64,000 bases of DNA from an uncultured Mycoplasmatota bacterium (GTDB taxonomy: Bacteria; Bacillota_I; Bacilli_A; RF39; UBA660): positions 46,176-110,175 of the forward strand of contig CAMJBC010000006.1 in the NCBI GenBank assembly GCA_946403755.1, in the 5' to 3' direction. Below are positions 31,145 to 40,956 of the stretch, piece by piece. The notes under the pieces were generated by a model. It did no database searches. It saw only the letters and a program-made list of their open reading frames with translations, and was not told where the DNA came from. Made by a program: the position numbers and the translations under genes. Each line of letters begins with the position of its first letter. Positions within the stretch are counted from its first letter, which is position 1.

Positions 31145-32488
31145 ATGGCAAGAAAAGAACCTCAAAATTTAGATGCTGAGATGTCTGTTTTAGGTTGTGG
31201 TTTTTTAGAAAAGACTGCTTTAGATAAAATAATGGATGAAATAACAGATGATATGTTTTATAGTGAAGCAAATAGACTAATCTATAAAGCTATGAAAGAA
31301 TTACATATTAATAATATTCCAGTTGATGCTGGTACTGTATGTAATGAGTTAGATAAATCTAAGAATTTAGCTAAAGTTGGTGGAGTAGAATATATAACAA
31401 ATATTATTGATTCTATTCCAAGTACTGCAAACTTAAATTATTACATAACTATTGTATATGAAAAGTATATTTTAAGAAGTTTAATAAATAGAGCAACTAA
31501 AATACAAGAAGATTGTTATGAAGAGGCAGATAGTGTAGTAAACATAGTTGAAAATGCTGAAAGAAATATACTTAGTGTATATAATGATAGATTAGGTAAA
31601 GACATTAGAAAAATACAAGATGTACTTCCTGATATGCAAAAATATATGGAAGCATTATCAGAATCAAAAGGAGAACTAACTGGAGTTAGAACTGGTTATT
31701 ATGATTTTGATAAAATGACAAATGGTCTACAACCAAAACAAGTTATTATTATAGCTGGTCGTCCTGGTTGTGGTAAATCTGCATTTGCTTTGAACATAGC
31801 TTTAAATGCAGCAATTCATGAACATAAATCAGTAGCATTCTTCTCACTTGAAATGGGTGTTGAAGAAATAATGAAAAGAGCTTTTGGTTGTGTAGGTAAA
31901 ATAGATGGTGAAGTATTAAAAACTGGTAAGTTTAAAAATACTGATTGGAAAAAATGGAATGAAGCCATGAGTGAATTATCTGACACTAAGTTCTATATTG
32001 ATGATACTGCTGGTATTAGTGTTAGTGAGATTAGAAGAAAATGTAGAAAATTAAAAAATAGTGAAGATGGTCTAGATATGATTGTAATTGACTATTTACA
32101 ATTATTAACTAGTTCAAATAAATACGCTGGACAAAGAGTTCAAGAAGTTAGTGAAATTAGTAGAGATATTAAAAAATTAGCTATGGAACTTGATGTACCA
32201 GTAATAGCATTAGCTCAACTATCTCGTAGTGTTGAACAAAGAAAAGGAGAAGATTCAAAACCAAAATTATCTGACTTAAGAGAATCAGGTTCTATTGAAC
32301 AAGATGCAGATATTGTGTTATTCTTACATAGTGATGAGTATGGTAAATATACTGCTAATTTAAATAGAAGAGTTGATCTTTTAGTTGCTAAACATAGATC
32401 TGGTTCAACAGGTAGTGTAGGGCTAATATTCAAAATGAACACTGGTTCATTTGATAATTTTATAAATAAGGAAGAGGAAAATGAATAA
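31145..32488 (+). CDS. dnaB: Replicative DNA helicase
   Basis: AGRPGCGKS, FFSLEM, IDYLQL, AQLSR, SDLRESGSIEQDAD; follows rplI. Confidence 0.97.
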   Translation: MARKEPQNLDAEMSVLGCGFLEKTALDKIMDEITDDMFYSEANRLIYKAMKELHINNIPVDAGTVCNELDKSKNLAKVGGVEYITNIIDSIPSTANLNYYITIVYEKYILRSLINRATKIQEDCYEEADSVVNIVENAERNILSVYNDRLGKDIRKIQDVLPDMQKYMEALSESKGELTGVRTGYYDFDKMTNGLQPKQVIIIAGRPGCGKSAFALNIALNAAIHEHKSVAFFSLEMGVEEIMKRAFGCVGKIDGEVLKTGKFKNTDWKKWNEAMSELSDTKFYIDDTAGISVSEIRRKCRKLKNSEDGLDMIVIDYLQLLTSSNKYAGQRVQEVSEISRDIKKLAMELDVPVIALAQLSRSVEQRKGEDSKPKLSDLRESGSIEQDADIVLFLHSDEYGKYTANLNRRVDLLVAKHRSGSTGSVGLIFKMNTGSFDNFINKEEENE

Positions 32489-33944
32489 AAATCAAAAATC
32501 ATATGGGTTAATATTTTTTGGTATTTTACTTTCAGCTTTTGTAATCTTTATATGTGTTATTTATAAACCAGCTGAAAGAAAAATAAATCATTATTACCAA
32601 GTATATCTAGGTGGAGAAAAGATTGGTCTTATTGCTTCTGCTGATAAATTATATGAAAAAATAAATGAAGAACAAAAAGAAATAAAGGAACAATATGGAG
32701 TAACTAAAGTATATTCTCCACAAAGTTTAGAAATACAAGAAGTATCTACATATAAAAATAATGTTAAAAGTGTAGATGAGGTTTATGATGAAATAAAAGA
32801 TTTAGACCCATTTACAATTGAGGGATATGAAGTAACAATAAAGTATTCTGATAATAGTAGAAAAAAATTATTCATTCTTAATAAAGAAGATTTAGATTCT
32901 GCTGTTAAGAACACTGTTCTTGCTTTTGTAGATGAAGATACTTATAACAAGTATTTAGAAGGTACTCAAGAAGAAGTAAAAGATGAAGGTACTGAAATTA
33001 CATCTATTTATTTTGATAGTGAAGTAACTATTAAAAAAGCACATATTTCAACTGAAGAACAAATATTTACTAATGATACAGATTTAAGTCAATATTTCTT
33101 ATTTGGAACAACTGATGTTAAAAAAACATATAAAGTTAAACCAAATGATACTATTGAAACAATTGCTTATAATAACCAAATGGGTGTATCAGATTTATTA
33201 GTTGCTAATCCAAATCTAGGTGGAGAAAATACTTTACTAGCAGCTGGACAAGAAATAAATGTATCTCCAGTTAATCCACTTTCAGATATAGTAGTTGAAT
33301 CATTCGATACCGAATATCAAACAGTTAAATATGATACTAAGATTGAATTTGATAAATCTATAGGTACTGCTGAAATGTATGTAAAACAACAAGGAGTAGA
33401 TGGACTTAGCCAAGTTACATATGCTTCTAAATCATTAAATGGTAATATCATAAGTACTGCCCAAGTTTCAGCAACAACTATAAAAGAACCAAGAGATAGA
33501 ATAGTAGTATATGGTTCTAAAAATGTTACATATTATGGTAATACAACATATTGGGCATGGCCTACAGTTAAACCATTTAGAATTACATCACACTTTGGAT
33601 ATAGAGTTCACCCAATTAGAAAAACTAGACACTTACACAATGGTGTAGATATTGCTGGTGTTTCATCTAAGAATATATTTGCTATTCAAGGTGGAACAGT
33701 TATTCAAGCACAACCAAGTGGATATAATGGTGGATGTGGTAAGAATGTTAAAATAGATCATGGAAATGGATATGTTTCATGGTACATGCATCTTTCTAAA
33801 GTAGGAGTTAAAAAAGGAGATCATGTGGAAAAAGGCCAAGTTATAGGTATTATGGGTAGAACTGGTTCAGCAACTGGTGTACACTTACACTTAACTGTTC
33901 ATAAAAATGGCGAATTAATAAATCCATTAACATTATATAAATGA
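32481..33944 (+). CDS. LysM-G5-M23 peptidoglycan endopeptidase
   Basis: LysM YKVKPNDTIETIA, G5 region, HNGVD and HLH zinc motifs. Confidence 0.92.
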   Translation: MNKNQKSYGLIFFGILLSAFVIFICVIYKPAERKINHYYQVYLGGEKIGLIASADKLYEKINEEQKEIKEQYGVTKVYSPQSLEIQEVSTYKNNVKSVDEVYDEIKDLDPFTIEGYEVTIKYSDNSRKKLFILNKEDLDSAVKNTVLAFVDEDTYNKYLEGTQEEVKDEGTEITSIYFDSEVTIKKAHISTEEQIFTNDTDLSQYFLFGTTDVKKTYKVKPNDTIETIAYNNQMGVSDLLVANPNLGGENTLLAAGQEINVSPVNPLSDIVVESFDTEYQTVKYDTKIEFDKSIGTAEMYVKQQGVDGLSQVTYASKSLNGNIISTAQVSATTIKEPRDRIVVYGSKNVTYYGNTTYWAWPTVKPFRITSHFGYRVHPIRKTRHLHNGVDIAGVSSKNIFAIQGGTVIQAQPSGYNGGCGKNVKIDHGNGYVSWYMHLSKVGVKKGDHVEKGQVIGIMGRTGSATGVHLHLTVHKNGELINPLTLYK

Positions 33945-34378
33945 TAAAAATAATATGTATTGGTAAAATCAAAGAACAATATTTAAATGATTTAATAAAT
34001 GATTACAAAACTAGGATAAGTAAATATCATAAAATAGAAATAATTGAATTAAAAGATTCAAATATGAAAGAAGAAAAGGATGAATTATTAAAAACTATCA
34101 ATCCTAAAGATTATAATATATGTATGGATATAGATGGAAAAGAATATTCATCAATAGAATTATCTAAATTAATAAATGATACTTTTACAGAAGGCTATGG
34201 AAATATATCATTTATAATAGGTGGATCTGATGGATTAGATGAATCTATTAAAAATATGTGTAATAAAAGATTATCTTTTTCTAAATTAACATTTCCTCAT
34301 GGATTATTTAGAGGAATTCTTTTAGAACAAATATATAGATCATTTAAAATTATAAATAATGAAAGCTATCATAAATGA
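33941..34378 (+). CDS. rlmH: 23S rRNA (pseudouridine1915-N3)-methyltransferase
   Basis: IGKIKE, FIIGGSDG, TFPH, LLEQIYR, YHK. Confidence 0.96.
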   Translation: MIKIICIGKIKEQYLNDLINDYKTRISKYHKIEIIELKDSNMKEEKDELLKTINPKDYNICMDIDGKEYSSIELSKLINDTFTEGYGNISFIIGGSDGLDESIKNMCNKRLSFSKLTFPHGLFRGILLEQIYRSFKIINNESYHK

Positions 34379-34415
34379 TAGCTTTTTTATGTTATAATTA
34401 ATAAGGGAGAAAAAT

Positions 34416-35075
34416 ATGATTGGAAATGACTGGGATGAAAAATTAGATGTAGTATGGAAAAGTGAAGGTTTTAAAAAATTCATGAGTGTTATTAAACATG
34501 AGTATGAAACTAAGACTTGTTATCCTGAATATAAGAATATTTTTAATGCTTTAAGATATACACCATATTCTAATGTTAAAATAGTTATTATAGGTCAAGA
34601 TCCATATCATGGAGAAGGTGAAGCACATGGTCTTTCTTTTAGTGTTCAAGATGGAGTAGCGTTACCACCAAGTTTACAAAATATCTACAAAGAGCTTTAC
34701 AATGATTTGGGTATTAAAAATACTAGAGGAGATCTTACTTCTTGGGCTAAAGAAGGAGTATTATTATTAAATAGCATTCTTAGTGTAGAAAAAGATAAAC
34801 CACTTTCTCATTCTAAATTAGGTTGGCAGTTATTAACAGATCATATTATTAAAATTCTTAATCAAAAAGAAGAACCAATAGTATTTATATTATGGGGTAG
34901 TTATGCCAGAAGTAAAAAAGAATTTATAACAAATAAAAAGCATTTAATAATAGAAAGTGTTCATCCAAGCCCACTTAGTGCATCAAGAGGTTTCTTTGGT
35001 AGTAAACCATTTTCAAAAGCAAATGCATTTTTAAAAAAGAATAATATTAAAGAAGTGGATTTTAGTATTAAATAG
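34416..35075 (+). CDS. ung: Uracil-DNA glycosylase
   Basis: GQDPYH, HGLSFS, PPSL, GVLLLN, HPSPLS. Confidence 0.97.
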   Translation: MIGNDWDEKLDVVWKSEGFKKFMSVIKHEYETKTCYPEYKNIFNALRYTPYSNVKIVIIGQDPYHGEGEAHGLSFSVQDGVALPPSLQNIYKELYNDLGIKNTRGDLTSWAKEGVLLLNSILSVEKDKPLSHSKLGWQLLTDHIIKILNQKEEPIVFILWGSYARSKKEFITNKKHLIIESVHPSPLSASRGFFGSKPFSKANAFLKKNNIKEVDFSIK

Positions 35076-35084
35076 AGGAGTTTT

Positions 35085-35480
35085 ATGAAAGATAGAATAT
35101 TAAAAGAGTTTGGTAAAAGTGGATTTATTAAAGATAATGATTTTAAAATAATTAATCTTACAGATACAGAATGTAGTTTAGAATATAAAGTAAAGGATAG
35201 TGGGCTTAATCCAATTGGAATAGTTCATGGTGGAATATTATTTGGTTTTTCTGATACTACTGCTGGAACATTAGCATGTATGACAGGAAAGTTTCCATTA
35301 ACTATTAATTCTAGTATTAGTTATTTAAATCAAGCTAAATGTGAAAAGTTAATATCTAAAGCAACTATATTAAAACAAGGTAATAATATAGGATATTATA
35401 AAGTAGATATTTTTGATGAAAAAAATACATTAATATGTACTTGTAATGTAACAATGTATATGAAAAAAGAAGTTATTTAA
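35085..35480 (+). CDS. PaaI family hotdog thioesterase
   Basis: NPIGIVHGG....SD motif. Confidence 0.9.
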   Translation: MKDRILKEFGKSGFIKDNDFKIINLTDTECSLEYKVKDSGLNPIGIVHGGILFGFSDTTAGTLACMTGKFPLTINSSISYLNQAKCEKLISKATILKQGNNIGYYKVDIFDEKNTLICTCNVTMYMKKEVI

Positions 35481-35489
35481 ACTTCTTTT

Positions 35490-36053
35490 TTATACTTCTA
35501 AATCATTATTGAAATCAGTTTCTAGTTCTTTTCCTTCAATTAAATTTTTAACTTTATATTTCTTACATTTAGATATTATATTATATGGAAATTTAGATAC
35601 TAAATTATTATATATAACTGTATAAGAATTATAATAAGTTCTAAGAGATATTAATGATAATTCATTTTCTTCATATTCATTTATTAATTCTCTAAATAAT
35701 TTAATTTCTCTAACTTTTTGTTTATCTTCTTTTATTTGAACTAGTTCTTTATAAGCTTTATTTAATAGTTTTTCATTCTTTAAAGATATATCTAAATCTT
35801 GTATTTCTTTTACATTATCAAATACTTTACTATCAGTTTTATATTTATCTTTAATAGCATCTATAAATCTATTAACAATGTCAAATTTATTATTAAATCT
35901 AGTTATATATTCTGACTCACTATCATTTAATTTTTTAAGTAGGTTTGATAGCTTTTCATTATAGTATTTATAGAATAAAATAATGAATGCTAGAATAATA
36001 ACAACTATTATTGATATAAGTGTAATTATGTATACTGTTTTCATATTTGTCAC
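35490..36053 (-). CDS. Divergent LemA family protein
   Basis: N-terminal TM; ENEL...R.YYN....YN.....FP.NIIS. Confidence 0.7.
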   Translation of the reverse strand: MTNMKTVYIITLISIIVVIILAFIILFYKYYNEKLSNLLKKLNDSESEYITRFNNKFDIVNRFIDAIKDKYKTDSKVFDNVKEIQDLDISLKNEKLLNKAYKELVQIKEDKQKVREIKLFRELINEYEENELSLISLRTYYNSYTVIYNNLVSKFPYNIISKCKKYKVKNLIEGKELETDFNNDLEV

Positions 36054-36117
36054 ATCCTAATAAACATTATAACAAAAAATATTTATTTTTAAAATATTTA
36101 TATTATAATTATATTAG

Positions 36118-36684
36118 GTGATAATAATGAAAATAAAAGTAGGTGTTTCAAATCATCATATACATGTTACTAGAGAAACATTAGATATTTTATTTGGTAA
36201 AGGATATGAATTACATAATAAAAGAGATTTAGTTCAAAAAGGACAATTTGCTGCTGAAGAAACAGTTACATTAGAATGCAATGGCAAACAATTAGAACAT
36301 ATTAGAATAATAGGCCCTTGTAGACCATATACTCAAGTTGAATTATTAGAAAGAGATAATGAATATTTTGGTATACATGCTCCAGTTAGAACTAGTGGAG
36401 ACTTAGAAGGTAGTGAAAATATGACTATTATAGGACCTAATGGAATAGTTTTTGCTAGAGAATCAACTATAGTAGCAGATAGACATATTCATATGAGTGC
36501 TGAGGATTTAATAACATTTAATCAAAAAGCTAAAAATAAAGTAGTAGTTAAATGTGAAAATGGGGTAGTAATGGATAATGTAGATATTAAATCTGATGAA
36601 ACATGTGTATTAGAATACCATATGAATAAAGATGAAGCAGAAGAACTTGGTATAGAAACTGGAATGGAGATAGAGATAATATAA
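36118..36684 (+). CDS. pduL: PduL-type phosphate acyltransferase (phosphotransacylase)
   Basis: GVSNHHIH, GQFAAEE, GPCR..TQVE, RTSGDL, VADRHIHM. Confidence 0.92.
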   Translation: MIIMKIKVGVSNHHIHVTRETLDILFGKGYELHNKRDLVQKGQFAAEETVTLECNGKQLEHIRIIGPCRPYTQVELLERDNEYFGIHAPVRTSGDLEGSENMTIIGPNGIVFARESTIVADRHIHMSAEDLITFNQKAKNKVVVKCENGVVMDNVDIKSDETCVLEYHMNKDEAEELGIETGMEIEII

Positions 36685-36748
36685 AGCAAAATTGACATTT
36701 TGCTTTTTAAATGATATAATTTATAGGCTTTCGTTGGGGGAGATAAAT

Positions 36749-37423
36749 ATGGAAAAACGTATAGAATTAGATAGAATACCAAGAAGTCTAAGGATGAAAA
36801 AAATAGGAAGTTCACCAAATGGAAATTTCTATTTAACAAGTAATAATAGAGTATTTAAAAAGTTTAAAGAAGGTAGTATTGATGAAATACTAATTGAATT
36901 ATTAATGGATTTAAGATATAAAGGTTTTTCTTTTCCAGAACAATTAGTAATAGTAAGAGATATACTAGCTGGATATACTAATAGACGTAGAAATGGTTTA
37001 TTATTAGAACAACCTAATTTAAGTGAAATTAGAATAATGGATTTTTTAAATGCTGAAAGAACTTTTGAAAAAGGATTAAGAGACTTTTCTTATGATACAA
37101 GATTAGAATTAGTTGAGCCAAGAATGTTTTATACAGATAATAAAAAACTTATTAATGCTAATAGTGATATGGTAAGAGAATTTAACCTTGCTATTACAGA
37201 TCCAGGTGCTGAAAACTTAAGAACATATGCTGCATCTATGGAAAAATTATTATTTGATGGAGAATATTACTCTAAAAAACTAAATGATTTAAAAAGAGGA
37301 TGTTTACAAGGTTATGTAGAACCATCAGTATTTATGAGTGAGGCACTTGATAGATTAGATCATTATGCTGAAATCAATACTTTAGAAGATTATAATGAAG
37401 GATTAGTTCTATTAAGAAAATAA
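36749..37423 (+). CDS. Hypothetical protein, protein-kinase-like fold with degenerate catalytic motifs
   Basis: KIGSSPNGNFY, RVFKKF, FSFPEQLV..LAGYT; ATG 36749 after GGGGGAG. Confidence 0.55.
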   Translation: MEKRIELDRIPRSLRMKKIGSSPNGNFYLTSNNRVFKKFKEGSIDEILIELLMDLRYKGFSFPEQLVIVRDILAGYTNRRRNGLLLEQPNLSEIRIMDFLNAERTFEKGLRDFSYDTRLELVEPRMFYTDNKKLINANSDMVREFNLAITDPGAENLRTYAASMEKLLFDGEYYSKKLNDLKRGCLQGYVEPSVFMSEALDRLDHYAEINTLEDYNEGLVLLRK

Positions 37424-37480
37424 AAATAGAATTAATTCTTTTTTTATGTTATAATTTTAATCTAGAAAGGTAACTAAAAT

Positions 37481-38059
37481 ATGCTAACAATAGGAATAGA
37501 TATAGATGATACAATAACAAATAGTACTAGAGTGGTAAAATATTTTATTAATAAATACTCTAAAGATAAAGAATTAATGAATAATGTAGAAGGAGTTATT
37601 AGAGGAAACTATGTTTCTGAAGGCACTAAAAACTTTTATAGAAAACATAGTGAATTAATAGGAAATAGAATAAAAGTTAAAAAACATGCTAGAGAAGTAA
37701 TACAAAAATTACATGATGATGGACATAAAATAATAATAGTTACTGCTAGAGATGATAACTATTATGAAGATGCATATAAATTTAGTTATGAATATTTAAA
37801 AAGAAATGGAATAGTGTTTGATAAGTTAATAACAGCACAACCATATAAAAAAGAAATATGTATAAAAGAGAAGATAGATATTATGATAGATGATGCTGTT
37901 GATACAGTAGATTCTATACATGAAGTAGGTATAAAATCTATATTATTTGACTCATCAATTAATAAAAATAAAAAAACAAAAGGAAAGCGTTTAAATAACT
38001 GGAATGATATATATAAATACATTCAAAAAAATAAAAAAGATTGTAAAAATTTTGAATAA
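37481..38059 (+). CDS. HAD-family 5'(3')-deoxyribonucleotidase-like protein
   Basis: IGIDIDDT, IVTAR, K, MIDD, NNW..I. Confidence 0.85.
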   Translation: MLTIGIDIDDTITNSTRVVKYFINKYSKDKELMNNVEGVIRGNYVSEGTKNFYRKHSELIGNRIKVKKHAREVIQKLHDDGHKIIIVTARDDNYYEDAYKFSYEYLKRNGIVFDKLITAQPYKKEICIKEKIDIMIDDAVDTVDSIHEVGIKSILFDSSINKNKKTKGKRLNNWNDIYKYIQKNKKDCKNFE

Positions 38060-38063
38060 TTAA

Positions 38064-38092
38064 TTGACAAAAAATATTAAATATTATACTAT
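38064..38092 (+). promoter_or_regulatory. SigA-type promoter with no downstream ORF
   Basis: TTGACA (38064)-17 nt-TACTAT (38087). Confidence 0.65.
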
Positions 38093-38097
38093 TAAAT

Positions 38098-38187
38098 TGA
38101 CATAGAAATATGTCATAGAACATTTATACGATTCATTGTGTAGGTGTTCGACCAAAACCCCCTGAGAGGCCTTCGGGCCTCATTTTT
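38098..38187 (+). ncRNA. Candidate small RNA with three hairpins and C-rich linker
   Basis: GAAA-tetraloop stem, 14-bp stem with four G-U pairs, AAAACCCCCU linker, cUUCGg stem plus U run. Confidence 0.65.
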
Positions 38188-38207
38188 ATTTGTTAAAAAA
38201 ACTGTAA

Positions 38208-38672
38208 TTATTCATTACAGTTTTTTGGTAGACGTTCTAATTTTTCTAGATTTTTAATTCTTTCTCTAACATATTTTATTTGTTCTGATGTTACAAAACT
38301 ATGACCATATTTTCTAGAAATACTATCAAATGATTCTAATATAGGCAATATACTATAAGAACTATGATATCTTGAGAATAAGTCTTCTATGTATATACTT
38401 ACCATTTCTTCATTTTCAGCTTTTTGTTGTTCTGGCGTTAGTACTTTGTATGAATTTCCATTGTTTACAAGAAATAATATTCTAGCGCCTTCTCTAAATA
38501 AATCAATTTCATCCTCATTAAAAAATCCAATTGGAAGTTGATCTCCATTTATATCTAATGTTGTCCCTGAATAAACTAAGTTTTGTTTTTTAAGAAAAAC
38601 ATAAAGATTAATTGGATCTTCTGAATTTACACTGTCACCAACCATTGGCTCAATTGTTTTTACAAATGCCAT
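38208..38672 (-). CDS. Hypothetical protein
   Basis: 154-aa ORF, own TGGTATAAT promoter, G8 tract at RBS position. Confidence 0.72.
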   Translation of the reverse strand: MAFVKTIEPMVGDSVNSEDPINLYVFLKKQNLVYSGTTLDINGDQLPIGFFNEDEIDLFREGARILFLVNNGNSYKVLTPEQQKAENEEMVSIYIEDLFSRYHSSYSILPILESFDSISRKYGHSFVTSEQIKYVRERIKNLEKLERLPKNCNE

Positions 38673-38770
38673 AAAAAATCCCCCCCCTTTTTAATAGCGG
38701 GTATATTATACCACAAAATGCATTTTTTTGCAAGTTTTGGTGTGTTATAATACTAATAGGGTGTGGTAAT

Positions 38771-39169
38771 ATAGCACATTATTCATATGATGATTCTGCT
38801 TTAATAAAAGGTTTAGATGAACTATTAATTAGTTTAGATTATAGTGTACTTGAACAAACAAGAACTAAAATGATAGAAGAAGGTTCTGATACAGAAATAA
38901 TAGATAAAGCTATTAAAGAAAAAAAGAGAAGAGATGGAATAAGAATGAGAGAACAAAAAATACAAGAAAAACGTGATAAACAATTTGCAAAGAATGTAAG
39001 AAATGCATCTTTTTTAGGATTACTTGGTGGTTTATTTGGACCTTCTCCAGATAAGAATGATATGATGCCTTGGGAAGAAGATGCTATGAAAAATGATGGT
39101 TATGAACCATATAATTTTGAAGAAGAAGAACTAGAAGAAGATGATTATTATTATGAAGATGATAAATAA
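38771..39169 (+). CDS. Hypothetical acidic-tail protein, possibly starting at non-canonical ATA 38771 (first ATG 38870)
   Basis: Frame is open 33 codons upstream of the ATG; promoter and GGTG RBS sit before the ATA. Confidence 0.6.
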   Translation: MAHYSYDDSALIKGLDELLISLDYSVLEQTRTKMIEEGSDTEIIDKAIKEKKRRDGIRMREQKIQEKRDKQFAKNVRNASFLGLLGGLFGPSPDKNDMMPWEEDAMKNDGYEPYNFEEEELEEDDYYYEDDK

Positions 39170-39192
39170 AAAAGAGATTTTTAAATCTCTTT

Positions 39193-40854
39193 TTATTTGT
39201 ATTTATTTTTAATTTCTTCTACAGTCATGTTTTCATATGCAGTAGGTTTAAAAATAATTTCAACTTTTTTATTTGATATAGTTATATCTTTAATAGAATC
39301 ATCATCTTTATAAGTTTCTCTAAATTCATTAAATTTATTTTGAGCTTCCTCGTTATTATTAAATCTATATAGATAAGATATAGAAGTAACAACATTACCA
39401 TCAGTTTCTATAACAAGTTTACTACCATCATCTCTTTTATATGATATATATTTATCAAGTTTTTCTTCTTTGACAGGCTTATTATCTCTTATCGGATTAT
39501 GATTATCATTATTGTTATTATTATCCTCTTGTTCATCTAATTCTTCTTTTACTTTTAAATCTTTTTGTTTAATTCTTTTCTTTGGGGTTCTTTCTATTTC
39601 TTTAACTGTTCCAAGAGCAGAACCTCTTTCAGCAAGATCATTATCCATATCTACCATTACTTGACCAACACTTTGTATTGCTTCTGTTTCTTCAACTAAT
39701 AAATCTGTTAAGTCTCCGACATAGTCATAATATTTATTTATATATTCATTAATGTTTAATAATAAACCAGGACCTCTATAATTATATAAACTACCACGAT
39801 TATTATTAGATAGAAAATTAGAATTCTTAATTTGTAATCTAATACCATTCATAGCTTGTAATACTAAATCCATATCAGAAGAAATAGCTTCAGCATTAGC
39901 AAGCTTACTTGGAAATTTAATTGATAAATCTTGTATATCTTTTAAATCACCAAAATCATTTACTGCTTCAACATCTTTAGCAGAAAGGGTATACCCATCA
40001 CTGCATAGTATATCTTTTACTGATATAGTTTGTAATTTACTAGGATCTATAATACTACTTATTTTAATTGTACTTAAATCAACTTTTTCATATTTTCCTG
40101 TTTTAGGATTATATTTATATACTGTATAATTAGGTTCTCTTTCAATATATTTATTTCCAATTGAATCTCTTAGACCTAGTACATATTCAGGTATTCTATT
40201 TACAAAACAATAATTACTGATACCCGCATGATTCCAATCATCAGTATTAATACTTAAAAGATTATATCCTAATTGTGCAAAAGGAACTATAAATTGATTG
40301 ACACCTCTAGCTCTATATGCACTATATTTAGCAGAAGGTGATATAAATAATATTGGTACATTATTTTCTTTTAATACATCATAGTTATCATATTTTAATA
40401 ACATGTTATATCCATCATTTATATCAATTGCAGTATGAGATGCTAATTCAGGATGAGCAGTCAAATAGTCAGCTGTTCTTCTTAATACTGTACCACCACT
40501 ACCACTATTACCAGAGGTAAATAGGCTGCTAATACTAAAATCATTAGCATTAAGAATATTAGTAGTTCTTTTTAAAATGTTACTTGGATCATCTCTATTA
40601 CTAGCTAAAATCATACAATAATCTGGTGGATTATTTCCTTCCATTTGTTTAATAATTCCACCAGTACTACCAGCAGTAAGACCACCATTACCAGGATAAT
40701 AAGCTACTAAGTTAATATTAGGACTAGCATTAGGATTAATATAAAGTTTATTTCCAGCTTTATCTACAGCACGAAAATAGCCATTATCTAAAACGGTTAC
40801 TTTACCAAAATTTTTTTCAAGATAAGTTTTTAATTCATTACTTGTATTTGCCAT
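39193..40854 (-). CDS. Hypothetical protein with alpha/beta-hydrolase-like N-terminal domain and helical C-terminal region
   Basis: YYPGNGG, GNSGSG elbow, INDG, WNHAG; ATG 40854 after AAAGGT. Confidence 0.6.
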   Translation of the reverse strand: MANTSNELKTYLEKNFGKVTVLDNGYFRAVDKAGNKLYINPNASPNINLVAYYPGNGGLTAGSTGGIIKQMEGNNPPDYCMILASNRDDPSNILKRTTNILNANDFSISSLFTSGNSGSGGTVLRRTADYLTAHPELASHTAIDINDGYNMLLKYDNYDVLKENNVPILFISPSAKYSAYRARGVNQFIVPFAQLGYNLLSINTDDWNHAGISNYCFVNRIPEYVLGLRDSIGNKYIEREPNYTVYKYNPKTGKYEKVDLSTIKISSIIDPSKLQTISVKDILCSDGYTLSAKDVEAVNDFGDLKDIQDLSIKFPSKLANAEAISSDMDLVLQAMNGIRLQIKNSNFLSNNNRGSLYNYRGPGLLLNINEYINKYYDYVGDLTDLLVEETEAIQSVGQVMVDMDNDLAERGSALGTVKEIERTPKKRIKQKDLKVKEELDEQEDNNNNNDNHNPIRDNKPVKEEKLDKYISYKRDDGSKLVIETDGNVVTSISYLYRFNNNEEAQNKFNEFRETYKDDDSIKDITISNKKVEIIFKPTAYENMTVEEIKNKYK

Positions 40855-40956
40855 AATTTGTACCTTTATTATGATAATATTATAACATAAAAATATTGAA
40901 ATAATTATTAAAAATTGATACAATTTATATATATAGAAAATAATGAGGTTTTTAGT

